From Polyangiales bacterium (GTDB lineage Bacteria > Myxococcota_A > Polyangia > Polyangiales > Polyangiaceae), in NCBI GenBank assembly GCA_038230375.1, contig JBBRNJ010000046.1, positions 1 to 64,000 on the forward strand: a DNA stretch of 64,000 bases, in the 5' to 3' direction. This document shows, one piece after another, positions 40,261 through 49,328 of the stretch (within the stretch, counting starts at the first letter, position 1; every line of letters begins with the position of its first letter). Both the position numbers and the translations under genes were made by a program. The notes under the pieces are model-generated. The model worked only from the letters and a program-made list of their open reading frames with translations. It was not told the origin of the DNA and made no database searches.

Positions 40261-41675
40261 AAGAAGCGTTGGATCTGGGTGCCAAGCGGCGCGTCGTGAA
40301 GACGCACGTCGCCGAGTTGATCGCGAACGGGACGCTCCGTCGGGGGAGTCGCGTGCCGTCGCTGCTCGATCTTGCACGTCACCTCTGCGTGGCGAAGAAC
40401 ACAGTCATCGGTGCCCTCGACGAGCTGTGCGGCGAAGGCGTGCTGGAGGCGCGCGAGCGCCAGGGGTTCTTCGTCAAGAGCGCGCGACGGCGAGAGCCAG
40501 CGCGGCCCACGCGCCTCTCCGATCTGGAGACCGATCGCGTGGCGCACGGCATGGCCTCCATCCTGGTGTCGCGCGATGCGGACTACGTGGACATTGGCAA
40601 CGGCACCACGTGCGAGAGCGTGCTGGCGACACCGGAGTGGAGCGCGGCGCTGAAGAACGCGGCGCCACGCGATCCGATGTTCTCGCTGCGCTACGCGGAT
40701 CCGATCGGCGAGCCGCACCTGCGTGAGGTGATCGGCGCGCGCTTCGGAGGCACGGACGACGCAGCGGATCGTGTCATCGTGACGAACGGCGCGATCGAGG
40801 CGCTGAACCTGTCGTTCTCTGCGGCGGCAGCGCGGACCGGCTCGCGGCGCATCGCGATCGAGTCGCCTGGGTACTTCATGCTCGGACCCATGGTCACGGC
40901 GCTGGGTCTCACGCCGGTCGGCATTCCGCGCGGGCCCGACGGGCTCGACATGGACCGCCTGCGCGCAGAGGCGAAGCGCGCGCCGCTTGCAGCCGTGATG
41001 GTGAACCCCAACCATCACAATCCTCTGGGCGCGTCACTGACGCTGGCGGAGCGGTTCGAGCTGGCGAAGCTGGCGGACGAGCGCGGCTTCTTCATCATCG
41101 AAGATGACGTGTACAAGGGCCTCTGGACGTTCGCGGAGGAGCCACCAAGCATCTACTCGATGCTGCCGGAGCGCACGCTCTACCTGTCGTCGTTCTCGAA
41201 GACGCTTGGGCCGGGGCTGCGCGTGGGCTTCGTGCTCGCGCCGGACGCGCTCTTGTCGGACCTGCGGCGTCGCAAGTTCCTGATGAGCCTGTCGGGCGAC
41301 GCGTACGTGCAGGACCTGGTCGCGGACTTCGTGGACAAGCGCGGCTACCAGAAGCACCTCGCTCACATGCGCGAGGAGCTGGCAAGGCGCGCGCGCATCG
41401 CGAAGCAGCAGAGCCTCCCGTTCGCGTCGCTCGGCGCCTTCCAGGGCGAATACAAGGGCGGGCTCTTCTGGAGCTTCGAGCTACGCACGGGTATCGACGT
41501 GGACCGCCTGTACAGGGCAGCGCGAGAGAAGAACGTGCTCATCTCGCCCGGCAGCTTCTTCCACATTGACCCCGCGCCGGGACAGGATCGCTGGATGCGG
41601 GTGAACGTCTCGCGCTGCGAAGGGACGACTCTGTCGCGGAGCCTGAGCGTGCTGAGAAAAGTAGCCGCAAGCTGA
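40251..41675 (+). CDS. MocR/GntR-family PLP-dependent transcriptional regulator
   Basis: wHTH (G.L..G.RVPS..LA..L.V..NTV) plus aminotransferase-like domain (NPLG, IIEDDVY, SFSKTLGPGLRVG). Confidence 0.92.
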   Translation: MGTEEALDLGAKRRVVKTHVAELIANGTLRRGSRVPSLLDLARHLCVAKNTVIGALDELCGEGVLEARERQGFFVKSARRREPARPTRLSDLETDRVAHGMASILVSRDADYVDIGNGTTCESVLATPEWSAALKNAAPRDPMFSLRYADPIGEPHLREVIGARFGGTDDAADRVIVTNGAIEALNLSFSAAAARTGSRRIAIESPGYFMLGPMVTALGLTPVGIPRGPDGLDMDRLRAEAKRAPLAAVMVNPNHHNPLGASLTLAERFELAKLADERGFFIIEDDVYKGLWTFAEEPPSIYSMLPERTLYLSSFSKTLGPGLRVGFVLAPDALLSDLRRRKFLMSLSGDAYVQDLVADFVDKRGYQKHLAHMREELARRARIAKQQSLPFASLGAFQGEYKGGLFWSFELRTGIDVDRLYRAAREKNVLISPGSFFHIDPAPGQDRWMRVNVSRCEGTTLSRSLSVLRKVAAS

Positions 41676-41700
41676 GGTCGAAGTCGAAGTCGTCGTCGTC
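41674..41700. repeat. Short (GARGTC)3(GTC)3 microsatellite
   Basis: GAGGTC GAAGTC GAAGTC GTC GTC GTC, overlapping the MocR stop codon. Confidence 0.8.
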
Positions 41701-41725
41701 CCTGAGTGTGGTAATCACCGCGCTC

Positions 41726-42142
41726 ATGCCCCTCACCGGCAATGCCGCTCGCTCGCTTCGCGCCCTCGCTCACGATCTGAAGCCCGTCGTCCACGTCGGC
41801 AAGAACGGCGTGAATGCGGAGGTCGCCAAGGCTGTTACGCAAACGCTCACCGATCACGAGCTGATCAAGGTGAAGGTCCTCCGTGAGTGCCCGATCACGC
41901 CGGACGAAGTGGGCACGGAGCTCGCGGAGGCGACGAGGAGCGACGTCGCGCAGCGCATCGGTCGCATCGTGGTGCTCTACAAGCCACACCCGAAGAAGCC
42001 GAAGATCAAGATCCCGAAGGGCTGGTCGCCCCCACCAAAGACGAAGGCCAAGAAGCCCACGGAGCCAACGGACATCGTCCCGCTCGAACCGCAGGATCGC
42101 CCCCAGGACGACGAAGACGACGTCGAGGACGACGGCCAGTAG
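41726..42142 (+). CDS. yhbY: YhbY/CRM-domain RNA-binding protein
   Basis: LRALAH.LKPVV.VGK.G, HELIKVK, QRIG...VLY; extended Lys/Pro then acidic tail. Confidence 0.9.
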   Translation: MPLTGNAARSLRALAHDLKPVVHVGKNGVNAEVAKAVTQTLTDHELIKVKVLRECPITPDEVGTELAEATRSDVAQRIGRIVVLYKPHPKKPKIKIPKGWSPPPKTKAKKPTEPTDIVPLEPQDRPQDDEDDVEDDGQ

Positions 42143-42162
42143 CGAAGCGCCTCGACCTCGGC

Positions 42163-42789
42163 CTATCCCCTTCCCGCTTCTCCCTTCCAGTACGCCATCA
42201 CCCACTCCATGCCTTCGTGACGCACGCTCGTGCGCACGACTCCCGGCATCGTCATCACGTCCCCCTCGCACAGGCGGTTCGCGGGGCCGTACCACGTCAC
42301 GACGCAGTGGCGGCCGACGCGATCGATCGCCTCCAGCAATCGCTTCTTGTCGCGCACGTAGCAGAGGACCTCGCAGGCGGTCACGAGACCGAAGCGACCG
42401 CGCTCGTTGGCCCACGGCTGGTCGAAGAGCTGCCCTTCGTCGAACGTCGCGGAGGGGACGCGACGGCGTGCTCGTTCGATCGCGGTGCGTGAAACGTCCA
42501 GGCCCTTGAGATGGTCCGTCATGCGCGCGAGGTGCTCGCTGTGGTGACCCTCGCCGCAGCCGATTTCAAGCACATTCGCGACGTGCGGACCCACGTGCTC
42601 CGTGATGAAGCGCGAGATCTCCGCGAAGCGGACCTGCTCACGCGGCGTGCGCGCCCTCCACGGATCGCGCAGACGATACGCGAGCTCCATGCGCCGGTGC
42701 GCGTCCACGGACAGCACGCCAGTGAGCACCATGCGCATCCATGCGCGCCGCGCGAGGTCCGTGGCACGAGCACGGATACCGATCATCAC
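42163..42789 (-). CDS. Class I SAM-dependent methyltransferase (NodS-like)
   Basis: DPWR, VLEIGCGEG, GLDVS, CEVLCY. Confidence 0.85.
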   Translation of the reverse strand: MMIGIRARATDLARRAWMRMVLTGVLSVDAHRRMELAYRLRDPWRARTPREQVRFAEISRFITEHVGPHVANVLEIGCGEGHHSEHLARMTDHLKGLDVSRTAIERARRRVPSATFDEGQLFDQPWANERGRFGLVTACEVLCYVRDKKRLLEAIDRVGRHCVVTWYGPANRLCEGDVMTMPGVVRTSVRHEGMEWVMAYWKGEAGRG

Positions 42790-44084
42790 GCGCCGCCGAG
42801 ATCGAAGTGGCGCAGCCCGTTGAGCCCGTTACGCAGGTCTCCGCGAAAGTCCGGATGAGCGATGGAGATCAGCGCCTCACCGCGCTCGCGCAGTGTCTTG
42901 CCGTGGAGCTCCACCGCGCCGTACTCGGTCACGACCCACCGCACGTGTCCGCGCGTGGTGACCACGCCCGCGCCCGCGTTCAGCTCCAGCGCAATGCGCG
43001 ACACCTTGCCGCCCGCAGCGGTCGAGGGCAGCGCGATGATCGGCTTGCCCCCATTGGAGCGCGCGGCGCCTCGGATGAAGTCCATCTGCCCGCCGATGCC
43101 GGAGTAGATCCGATGTCCGATCGAGTCTGCGCAGACCTGCCCTGAAAGGTCGATCTCCAGTGCAGAGTTGATGGCGACCACCTTGTCGTTCTTGGAGATG
43201 AGCTGGGTGTCGTTCGTGCGATCGCACGGGTGCATCTCCACCGTCTGATTGTCGTCGACGAAATCGAAGAGCCGCTTGCTGCCTGTGACGAAACTGGCCA
43301 CGGTGCGGCCCGCGTGCACCTTCTTCTTCGTGTTCGTGACCACGCCGGCCTCGAGCAGGGGGATGAGCCCGTCGGAGAACATCTCGGTGTGGATGCCCAG
43401 ATCATGCTTGTTTCCAAGGCGCGAGAGCACTGCGTCCGGGATGCCGCCAATGCCGAGCTGCAGGCACGAGCCGTCCTCCACGAGCCCCGCGATGATCTCG
43501 CCGATGCGACCCTCCACCTCACCGATCTTCGCGGGCTCCTGCTCCGCAAGCGCGCGGTCGGTGCGCGTGAACGCGGTCACGTGCTGCATCGGGACCACGC
43601 TGTTGCCCAGCGTGCGCGGCATCCGCACGTTGATCTCGCAGAGCACCTTCTTCGCCGAGATGGACGCGGCCAGCGCTGCATCCACGCTGGTTCCAAGCGT
43701 GCAGTGGCCGTGACGATTCGGCGGTGAGAGCTGGAGGATCGCTGCGTCGAGCGGGATCTGTCCGGACATGAAGAGGTCCGGGATCTCCGACAGGAACACG
43801 GGCATGAAGTCGGCGCGACCCTCTGCGACAGGCGTCCGGAGCGCGGAGCCCACGAACAGCGACACCGAGCGGAAGCGGCCGCGGTGCTCGGGCCGCGCGA
43901 ACGCGCTGCTGCCGGTGGTGTGCAGGTGATAGAGCGTGACGTTCTCGAGATCTCTGCGGCCGCACATCGCGTCCACGAGGACCGTGGGCGTGGCCGACGC
44001 GCCATGCAAGAAGACGCGATCGCCGCTCTTGATGTGCGAAACGACCTCTTCTGCGGTCACGCCACCAGACTCGAAGGATGCCAT
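42786..44084 (-). CDS. Acetyl-CoA hydrolase / 4-hydroxybutyrate CoA-transferase family
   Basis: LQLGIGGIP, HTEMFSD, SGIGGQMDF, VVTEYG. Confidence 0.92.
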   Translation of the reverse strand: MASFESGGVTAEEVVSHIKSGDRVFLHGASATPTVLVDAMCGRRDLENVTLYHLHTTGSSAFARPEHRGRFRSVSLFVGSALRTPVAEGRADFMPVFLSEIPDLFMSGQIPLDAAILQLSPPNRHGHCTLGTSVDAALAASISAKKVLCEINVRMPRTLGNSVVPMQHVTAFTRTDRALAEQEPAKIGEVEGRIGEIIAGLVEDGSCLQLGIGGIPDAVLSRLGNKHDLGIHTEMFSDGLIPLLEAGVVTNTKKKVHAGRTVASFVTGSKRLFDFVDDNQTVEMHPCDRTNDTQLISKNDKVVAINSALEIDLSGQVCADSIGHRIYSGIGGQMDFIRGAARSNGGKPIIALPSTAAGGKVSRIALELNAGAGVVTTRGHVRWVVTEYGAVELHGKTLRERGEALISIAHPDFRGDLRNGLNGLRHFDLGGA

Positions 44085-44132
44085 CTCGCCTGTTCTACCG
44101 CAGACGGAGCCGAGCTGCATCTTGCAGTGGGG

Positions 44133-44918
44133 TCAGGGCGTCGTGATGGTCACGTCCACGCCCGTGGTGTCGGAGAAGTAGTTTCCGTTCGCGCCGTAGC
44201 CAAGGCGCACGTCCAGCACGTCACCCGCATAGAAGTTCAGCGCGCCCAGCGCGAGCTTGCGCGCTCCCGCATCGTCACTGTTTGGGCCGCCGTCACCACC
44301 GATCAACGTCACGGCGAGGATTGTGTCGCCGCGGGCCACGGTCGCCGTGGACGTGGTGTGCAGCGAGCCGTTCCCCCCGGAGAGCCCGCGCAGGTCGACC
44401 GTGGCGCGGTAGGTCCCCGCGCGGGGCGCGGTCCAGCGGACAACGCTGTTCTCGTCGTTCGGTCCAGGATGAAACGCGAGTCCGAACGGACCCATGGTGA
44501 CCGACTTGTTGAAAACGTTCACCGCCGTTGCGTCCGGATTGAAGAAGACGGACGGCGTGAGCGACGCGTCGGACGTGCTCCACGCAATGATGCCCGCATT
44601 CGTGCTTTCCGTGTGAGTGACCGCATACGGCAGGGTGGCCGCGTCTGGCCGGGCGCGGTACGCCCACGTCCAGTTGCCGTCTGGATTTCCCGCCTGGGTG
44701 AAGTGACGTCGGGCTTCGTCAGAACACACGCCCGCGGTGCACTCGAAGCCAGAGGGGCATGACGCGCATGCGTCTGGCGCCGCGCTGTCCTTCGAGCGGA
44801 CGGGCGCTGTGTCACCATCAGCGCCCGCATCAGCCGTCTCGCCCGTGCCAATGGCCGAGAGTCCGCACGCGATGAGCGAGGACGCTGCCACGAGCGCGAG
44901 AGCACGGCGAAGGCGCAT
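44133..44918 (-). CDS. Hypothetical lipoprotein with a jelly-roll-like C-terminal domain
   Basis: Lipobox LIAC; GNW.W.Y, HPG...SVVRWTAP..G.Y. Confidence 0.7.
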   Translation of the reverse strand: MRLRRALALVAASSLIACGLSAIGTGETADAGADGDTAPVRSKDSAAPDACASCPSGFECTAGVCSDEARRHFTQAGNPDGNWTWAYRARPDAATLPYAVTHTESTNAGIIAWSTSDASLTPSVFFNPDATAVNVFNKSVTMGPFGLAFHPGPNDENSVVRWTAPRAGTYRATVDLRGLSGGNGSLHTTSTATVARGDTILAVTLIGGDGGPNSDDAGARKLALGALNFYAGDVLDVRLGYGANGNYFSDTTGVDVTITTP

Positions 44919-44920
44919 GG

Positions 44921-46357
44921 TCAGCCGCGGAGCTCGGGCAGCGGGCCGCGGAAGGACAGCCCCGTGCCGTCCGAGGCGATCGCGTCCGTCAAGCCGAAGG
45001 TCGTGTCGGGTTGTCCCATGGCCTGCATCAGGCTCACGAGAAGGCGATTGTGCGCCGGGCCCGTGAGTGGCTCTCCACCGATCGGGTTTGTGAGCGTGCG
45101 CGGGTACCGGAGGTAACGTCCCATCTTGAAGGTGTTGCCTCCGCCCGCGATGAGCGTGGACACGTCGTGGTGCTGGTGCGTGGGCGTGGCCAGCTCCGCG
45201 ACCCACACCACCAGTGTGTGATCGAGCATGGTGCCGGTGCCTTCCTTCACGCTGTCCAGCTGATCAAGGAGGTAGGCGACGTGCCCGGCATGCCATGCGT
45301 CGAGATCCGTCATGGCCTGCGCGGCGAGCGGGCTGTACGTCTGACCGCACGACGTGTGGCCCTCGATGGATTGATGTCCATAGACGTGGAACGTGGCCTC
45401 TGGCGGGTACCCCAGCTCCGGGCACTGCGGAACGGGCGGGCACACGGTCACGATGCGCGTGAGATCGCACGCGAACGCGAGGCGGATGAGGCGCATGAAC
45501 TGGCGCATGGGCTGGCCCGAGCTGTCGAACGCGGTGTCGCCGCAGCGCGAGGAGCTCCCGCTGCCGAGCGACAGCTCCAGCTCGCGCACCAGATCACGAT
45601 GCTGTTCGAGCTTCATCCTGCCATCCGCATCGAGCCGTGGCGCGAGCAGATCGTACTCCGTGCGCGCGGCATCCAGCACGGAAGGGCGAAGAGCCTTCAT
45701 CCGGTCGTCGCGCGTCTTGCCCTCGCCATTCGGGAGCGCGTAGCCCAGCAGATCGGCGAACGCAGCGCTGGGGTCCGACACCATGGGCGAGGCCTGGCCG
45801 GGTCCCAGGTACGAGAACGGCGACACCATGGAGTTCGGGATGTAGTCGAAGCCGTAGACGCGCGAATCAAAGCGACCGGGCGCGGCAAGTCGCGCGGCGA
45901 GTTCCTGATCGATCGACTTCGCACCGCCGGAGCAGTAGGTGCCGGGCCGCTGGAGCGCGCGCGTGCCGGTGAGCACGTCGGCCACGCCGATCTGATGGTT
46001 GTTGAGATCGCCTGTACCGGCCTTCATCACCGCGGCAATGTCGGCGAGCGCGGCCGTGTGTGAGAGCCCTTCGATGGCAAGGATGCGATCGCGATACGGA
46101 TGGAACGGGCGCAGCGTGGGGCTGAAATCCGACGGCAAGAGATCGTGCAGGGGCCGCTCCGCCACCATGTCCGTGGGGCCGCCAGGTATCTGCATATTCC
46201 ACGCATTCGGGATGTTCCCGTGCGGTTGCACGTAGAAGATGATGCGGCGAGGCGACGTGTCGTCGGCGCGCGCGCTTCGCGTGGATGGACCGCTACGGAG
46301 CGTGGTCGCCAGCGCGCCAAGGCCCAGTGCCTGCAGGAACTGTCTTCGCCGCATCAT
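44921..46357 (-). CDS. DUF1552 family protein (Tat-exported)
   Basis: RRRQFL Tat motif, SIDQ.LA, AFACDLTR, LDSV.EG.GT.LD.T. Confidence 0.88.
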   Translation of the reverse strand: MMRRRQFLQALGLGALATTLRSGPSTRSARADDTSPRRIIFYVQPHGNIPNAWNMQIPGGPTDMVAERPLHDLLPSDFSPTLRPFHPYRDRILAIEGLSHTAALADIAAVMKAGTGDLNNHQIGVADVLTGTRALQRPGTYCSGGAKSIDQELAARLAAPGRFDSRVYGFDYIPNSMVSPFSYLGPGQASPMVSDPSAAFADLLGYALPNGEGKTRDDRMKALRPSVLDAARTEYDLLAPRLDADGRMKLEQHRDLVRELELSLGSGSSSRCGDTAFDSSGQPMRQFMRLIRLAFACDLTRIVTVCPPVPQCPELGYPPEATFHVYGHQSIEGHTSCGQTYSPLAAQAMTDLDAWHAGHVAYLLDQLDSVKEGTGTMLDHTLVVWVAELATPTHQHHDVSTLIAGGGNTFKMGRYLRYPRTLTNPIGGEPLTGPAHNRLLVSLMQAMGQPDTTFGLTDAIASDGTGLSFRGPLPELRG

Positions 46358-48009
46358 GGCGAGGAGCCCTCGCGCGTGACCTTCTGCAAGCGGAACGTGT
46401 CCGATGCGACCAGGTCAACGAGCAACGCGCGCACGTCGCCCTGGCTCTCATGGAAGCGCTTCGCGAGCGCGCCGACCATGGGCGCCTCCGCGGCGTCTGG
46501 CGCACGGCCCACCGCGAAACGCACCCAGCGCTCCGTTGCGCACTGGTGCACCGTGTTGCTCCTGGCGAGCTTCGCGGACAGATCGAGCGCGCCGTCAAAC
46601 GCACCGTCCACGTCCGTGCCGTTGATCTTCCCGGTCGAGTCGATCCCGAGACCGTTGTCCACCGTCTGGAACTGCCCGGCGGCGTCGTAGTGCTCGAAGC
46701 CAAAGCCGAAGCCATTGAGGTTTGCGTGGCAGCCCTGGCACACCGCTGGCTTCGTGCGGGTCTCGAAGAGCATGCGGTTGGTCTGCGGACCGTCGCCGGG
46801 CTGCGGCTTGGGCTGCGAGAGGTCGACCCCGGGTGGCGGCGAGATGGGCAGCTGACACAGGAGCCGGAGCTCGAGCCAGTTCCCGCGCACGGGCGGTGAC
46901 GTGGCGCCTCGGTGCGAATAGCCCGCGAGGAACGCGGCGCGCGTGAGCAGGCCTGCGCGCTCGTTCTGGGGGAGCGTCACCTCGGTCCATTGCGACGGAT
47001 CGGGGAGCGGGTTGATGCGGTAGACGCGCGCGGCGTCGCCGTTGACCCATGCGCGGCGGCTGGTGAAGAGATCGCCGAACGTGCCGCCTTGTGAGAGCGT
47101 GTTCTCGATGAAGAGCTGCGTCTCCGTCATCACCGCGGCCTGCGTGGCAGTGGTCCAGCCTAGATCGACCGCGGGCGTGCGCACCGCGTGCTCGTCCAGA
47201 AGGACGCGGTCCAGGCCGAGCCACTGCCGATGAAAGCTGTAGAGGACGCGACGCGCGCGCGGGTCGGCGAGCAAGCGCGTGGCCTGTGCGCGTACGTCCG
47301 ACTCGGTGGTGAGCTGGCCGTTCTTCGCGGCGTCCAGCAGCGCGTCGTCGGGGGTGCTCCGCCACAGGAAGAACGACAGGCGGCTTGCCATCGCGAATGG
47401 ATCGAGCGGAATCGTGCGGCCGTTCGCCGCGTCCGGAGGCGCGGGCTCCGGCCTGTAGATGAACTGCGGAGACTGCAGCATGGCGGAGAGCGTGAGCTCC
47501 GTCGCGCCCTCGAAATCCACGGCGACCTGCCATCCGTGGAACCGCGCGGTGAAGCGATCGCGCTCGTCGTTGGTGAGCGGCCGCCTGAACACGCGGCTGC
47601 CGACCTTCTCCACGAACGTACGGGCGCATGCATCGGCCAGTGCGGGCGTGGACCAGTCGCGGCACCCCAGCAGCGCGGGCAGCCCGATCGCGTCGCCCAC
47701 GAGCGCGTGCGCGTATGCCCCAGCGATCGCCTCGTAGCGCGAGATGCGCACGTCGGATGGCTGCTGTGCCTCTGCTGCGTTGTCGAATCCAGCGACCGTC
47801 GCGTCCGCGGGAAGCGTGGGCAGCGTGAGCTTCACGCCCGGAAATAGATCGGAGAGCGCGTTGAGATACTCCTCGTTCGTCAGACGACGGAGCGGCGCTG
47901 GCCCCACGCTCGCGCTCTGCATGCTCGCGTCGGGCGAGTAGTCCGCGTAGCACCCCGCCACCACGGCGGCGGCCAGAGTGAGCGTCAGTGCAGCGAGCCG
48001 TGCGCGCAT
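46354..48009 (-). CDS. DUF1592/1587/1588/1595/1585 multidomain lipoprotein
   Basis: LRRLT..EY.N...DL, GFDN, ASRLSFFLW.S.PD, R.GLLT, TSP..RG, CQGCH, GF.FE.YD. Confidence 0.9.
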   Translation of the reverse strand: MRARLAALTLTLAAAVVAGCYADYSPDASMQSASVGPAPLRRLTNEEYLNALSDLFPGVKLTLPTLPADATVAGFDNAAEAQQPSDVRISRYEAIAGAYAHALVGDAIGLPALLGCRDWSTPALADACARTFVEKVGSRVFRRPLTNDERDRFTARFHGWQVAVDFEGATELTLSAMLQSPQFIYRPEPAPPDAANGRTIPLDPFAMASRLSFFLWRSTPDDALLDAAKNGQLTTESDVRAQATRLLADPRARRVLYSFHRQWLGLDRVLLDEHAVRTPAVDLGWTTATQAAVMTETQLFIENTLSQGGTFGDLFTSRRAWVNGDAARVYRINPLPDPSQWTEVTLPQNERAGLLTRAAFLAGYSHRGATSPPVRGNWLELRLLCQLPISPPPGVDLSQPKPQPGDGPQTNRMLFETRTKPAVCQGCHANLNGFGFGFEHYDAAGQFQTVDNGLGIDSTGKINGTDVDGAFDGALDLSAKLARSNTVHQCATERWVRFAVGRAPDAAEAPMVGALAKRFHESQGDVRALLVDLVASDTFRLQKVTREGSSP

Positions 48010-48016
48010 TCCTCCT

Positions 48017-48910
48017 TCACGGTAGCACGGTCTTTCCCGGGAGATTTGCTGACGGATCGGCGACGTAGCCCTCCCAGCCAGCGAGTCCCGCGACGAGCCA
48101 CGGCCAGTCGCGACGAAGGGAGAACGTCACCTCTTCGTAGAAGCCGTGGCCTTGCTCGCTCGCCAGGTTGAGGCGCACGTCGATCCCCGCGCGCGCGATC
48201 CGGGGCACCGCCTCGCGGTACGTGGTGGTGCACGAGCCGCGCGTGGTGCAGACGAGCAGCAGGCGCTTCACGTGATGTGCCTTCAGCATGGCAGGGAAGC
48301 CCTTGTCGCCCACGGAGTCGTACGAGCCCTCCACCAGCACGAGCGCCTCTGGCGACACGAGCCCGCCCTGCACGAGCGTGAGCGCCATCATGGTCCCGGC
48401 GGAGAACCCTGCGACGACCATGGGACCGTCCGCGACGTAGCCCGCGAACGTGCGATTCACCTCCGCGCGCGCGCCGTCGATCTGCGACATCACGTTCTTC
48501 GGAGTGTCCCAGTAGGTGCGCGAGGGTCCGCCGTGAGGGCAGATGATGAACGGATACGCGTTCGTGACGCCGCGCCATTCGCCGCACGACCACTCCGCGC
48601 GATCGCCGCCGCCGTGGAGCCCGAGCATGATCGGGCGCGGGTTTGTCGCATTGTTCGGGACGGAGAGCTTTGCGACCTCGTCACGCGGCGCCGAGATCGC
48701 CTCGAGCCACTCGTGATTCGCGAGAGGTGCGAGCGCTGCTGCCACATCCGGGGCGGGCTTTGCGGACCTGGGCTCGGGGCCCGGCTCGGGCCGGATGTTC
48801 GCTGTGCTCGTGGCGCCGCCATCCGTGCGCGCAGAAGCACCGAGCGCGCTGGGATCAGACGCGCATGCAAGGAGAGAGAGCAGAGGAAGCGCGAACCAAA
48901 CCTTCTTCAT
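48017..48910 (-). CDS. Alpha/beta-hydrolase-fold lipoprotein
   Basis: Lipobox LLAC; LHG, GFSAG nucleophile elbow, GHG. Confidence 0.75.
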   Translation of the reverse strand: MKKVWFALPLLSLLACASDPSALGASARTDGGATSTANIRPEPGPEPRSAKPAPDVAAALAPLANHEWLEAISAPRDEVAKLSVPNNATNPRPIMLGLHGGGDRAEWSCGEWRGVTNAYPFIICPHGGPSRTYWDTPKNVMSQIDGARAEVNRTFAGYVADGPMVVAGFSAGTMMALTLVQGGLVSPEALVLVEGSYDSVGDKGFPAMLKAHHVKRLLLVCTTRGSCTTTYREAVPRIARAGIDVRLNLASEQGHGFYEEVTFSLRRDWPWLVAGLAGWEGYVADPSANLPGKTVLP

Positions 48911-48914
48911 GCTC

Positions 48915-48939
48915 CTTTCGTCTGACGAGCAGACGAAAG
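48915..48939. promoter_or_regulatory. Perfect 10-bp hairpin overlapping the hydrolase RBS
   Basis: CTTTCGTCTG-N5-CAGACGAAAG; the minus strand continues into AAAGGAGC-ATG. Confidence 0.45.
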
Positions 48940-48994
48940 TGTGACGCGCCGGAACCGATCGCCGACCAATATCGCCGGCGCAACGGCGCCTACA

Positions 48995-49276
48995 TCATTG
49001 CGTCGCGCCGCAAAACTTGGCCGCGCCGCAGCCCTGGAAGCATTTGAACTTGGCGCCAAGGCTGGCGCAGCTGGTGTCGTCCGTGCAGGGCGTGGAGCAC
49101 GCCTTGCCGCTCTCGGTGCAGCCGCCGTCCGTGAAAGTTGCAAATCCAAGGCACTGCAGGCCGCCGTTGCACTGAGCATCCGTGGTGCAGGCCGTGCTTG
49201 CAGCGCCGGAAGACGGGGACGAACAGGCAACAACGACGACCGCGACCAGAACCACCGCGAGGACGGAACGAATCAT
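48995..49276 (-). CDS. Small Cys-rich lipoprotein
   Basis: Lipobox VVAC; many Cys in about 75 mature residues. Confidence 0.65.
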   Translation of the reverse strand: MIRSVLAVVLVAVVVVACSSPSSGAASTACTTDAQCNGGLQCLGFATFTDGGCTESGKACSTPCTDDTSCASLGAKFKCFQGCGAAKFCGATQ

Positions 49277-49328
49277 CGCCAGATCGGTAGCATGCACTGA
49301 TCCCTCGAACAAGCAGCCGGGGAGGATG

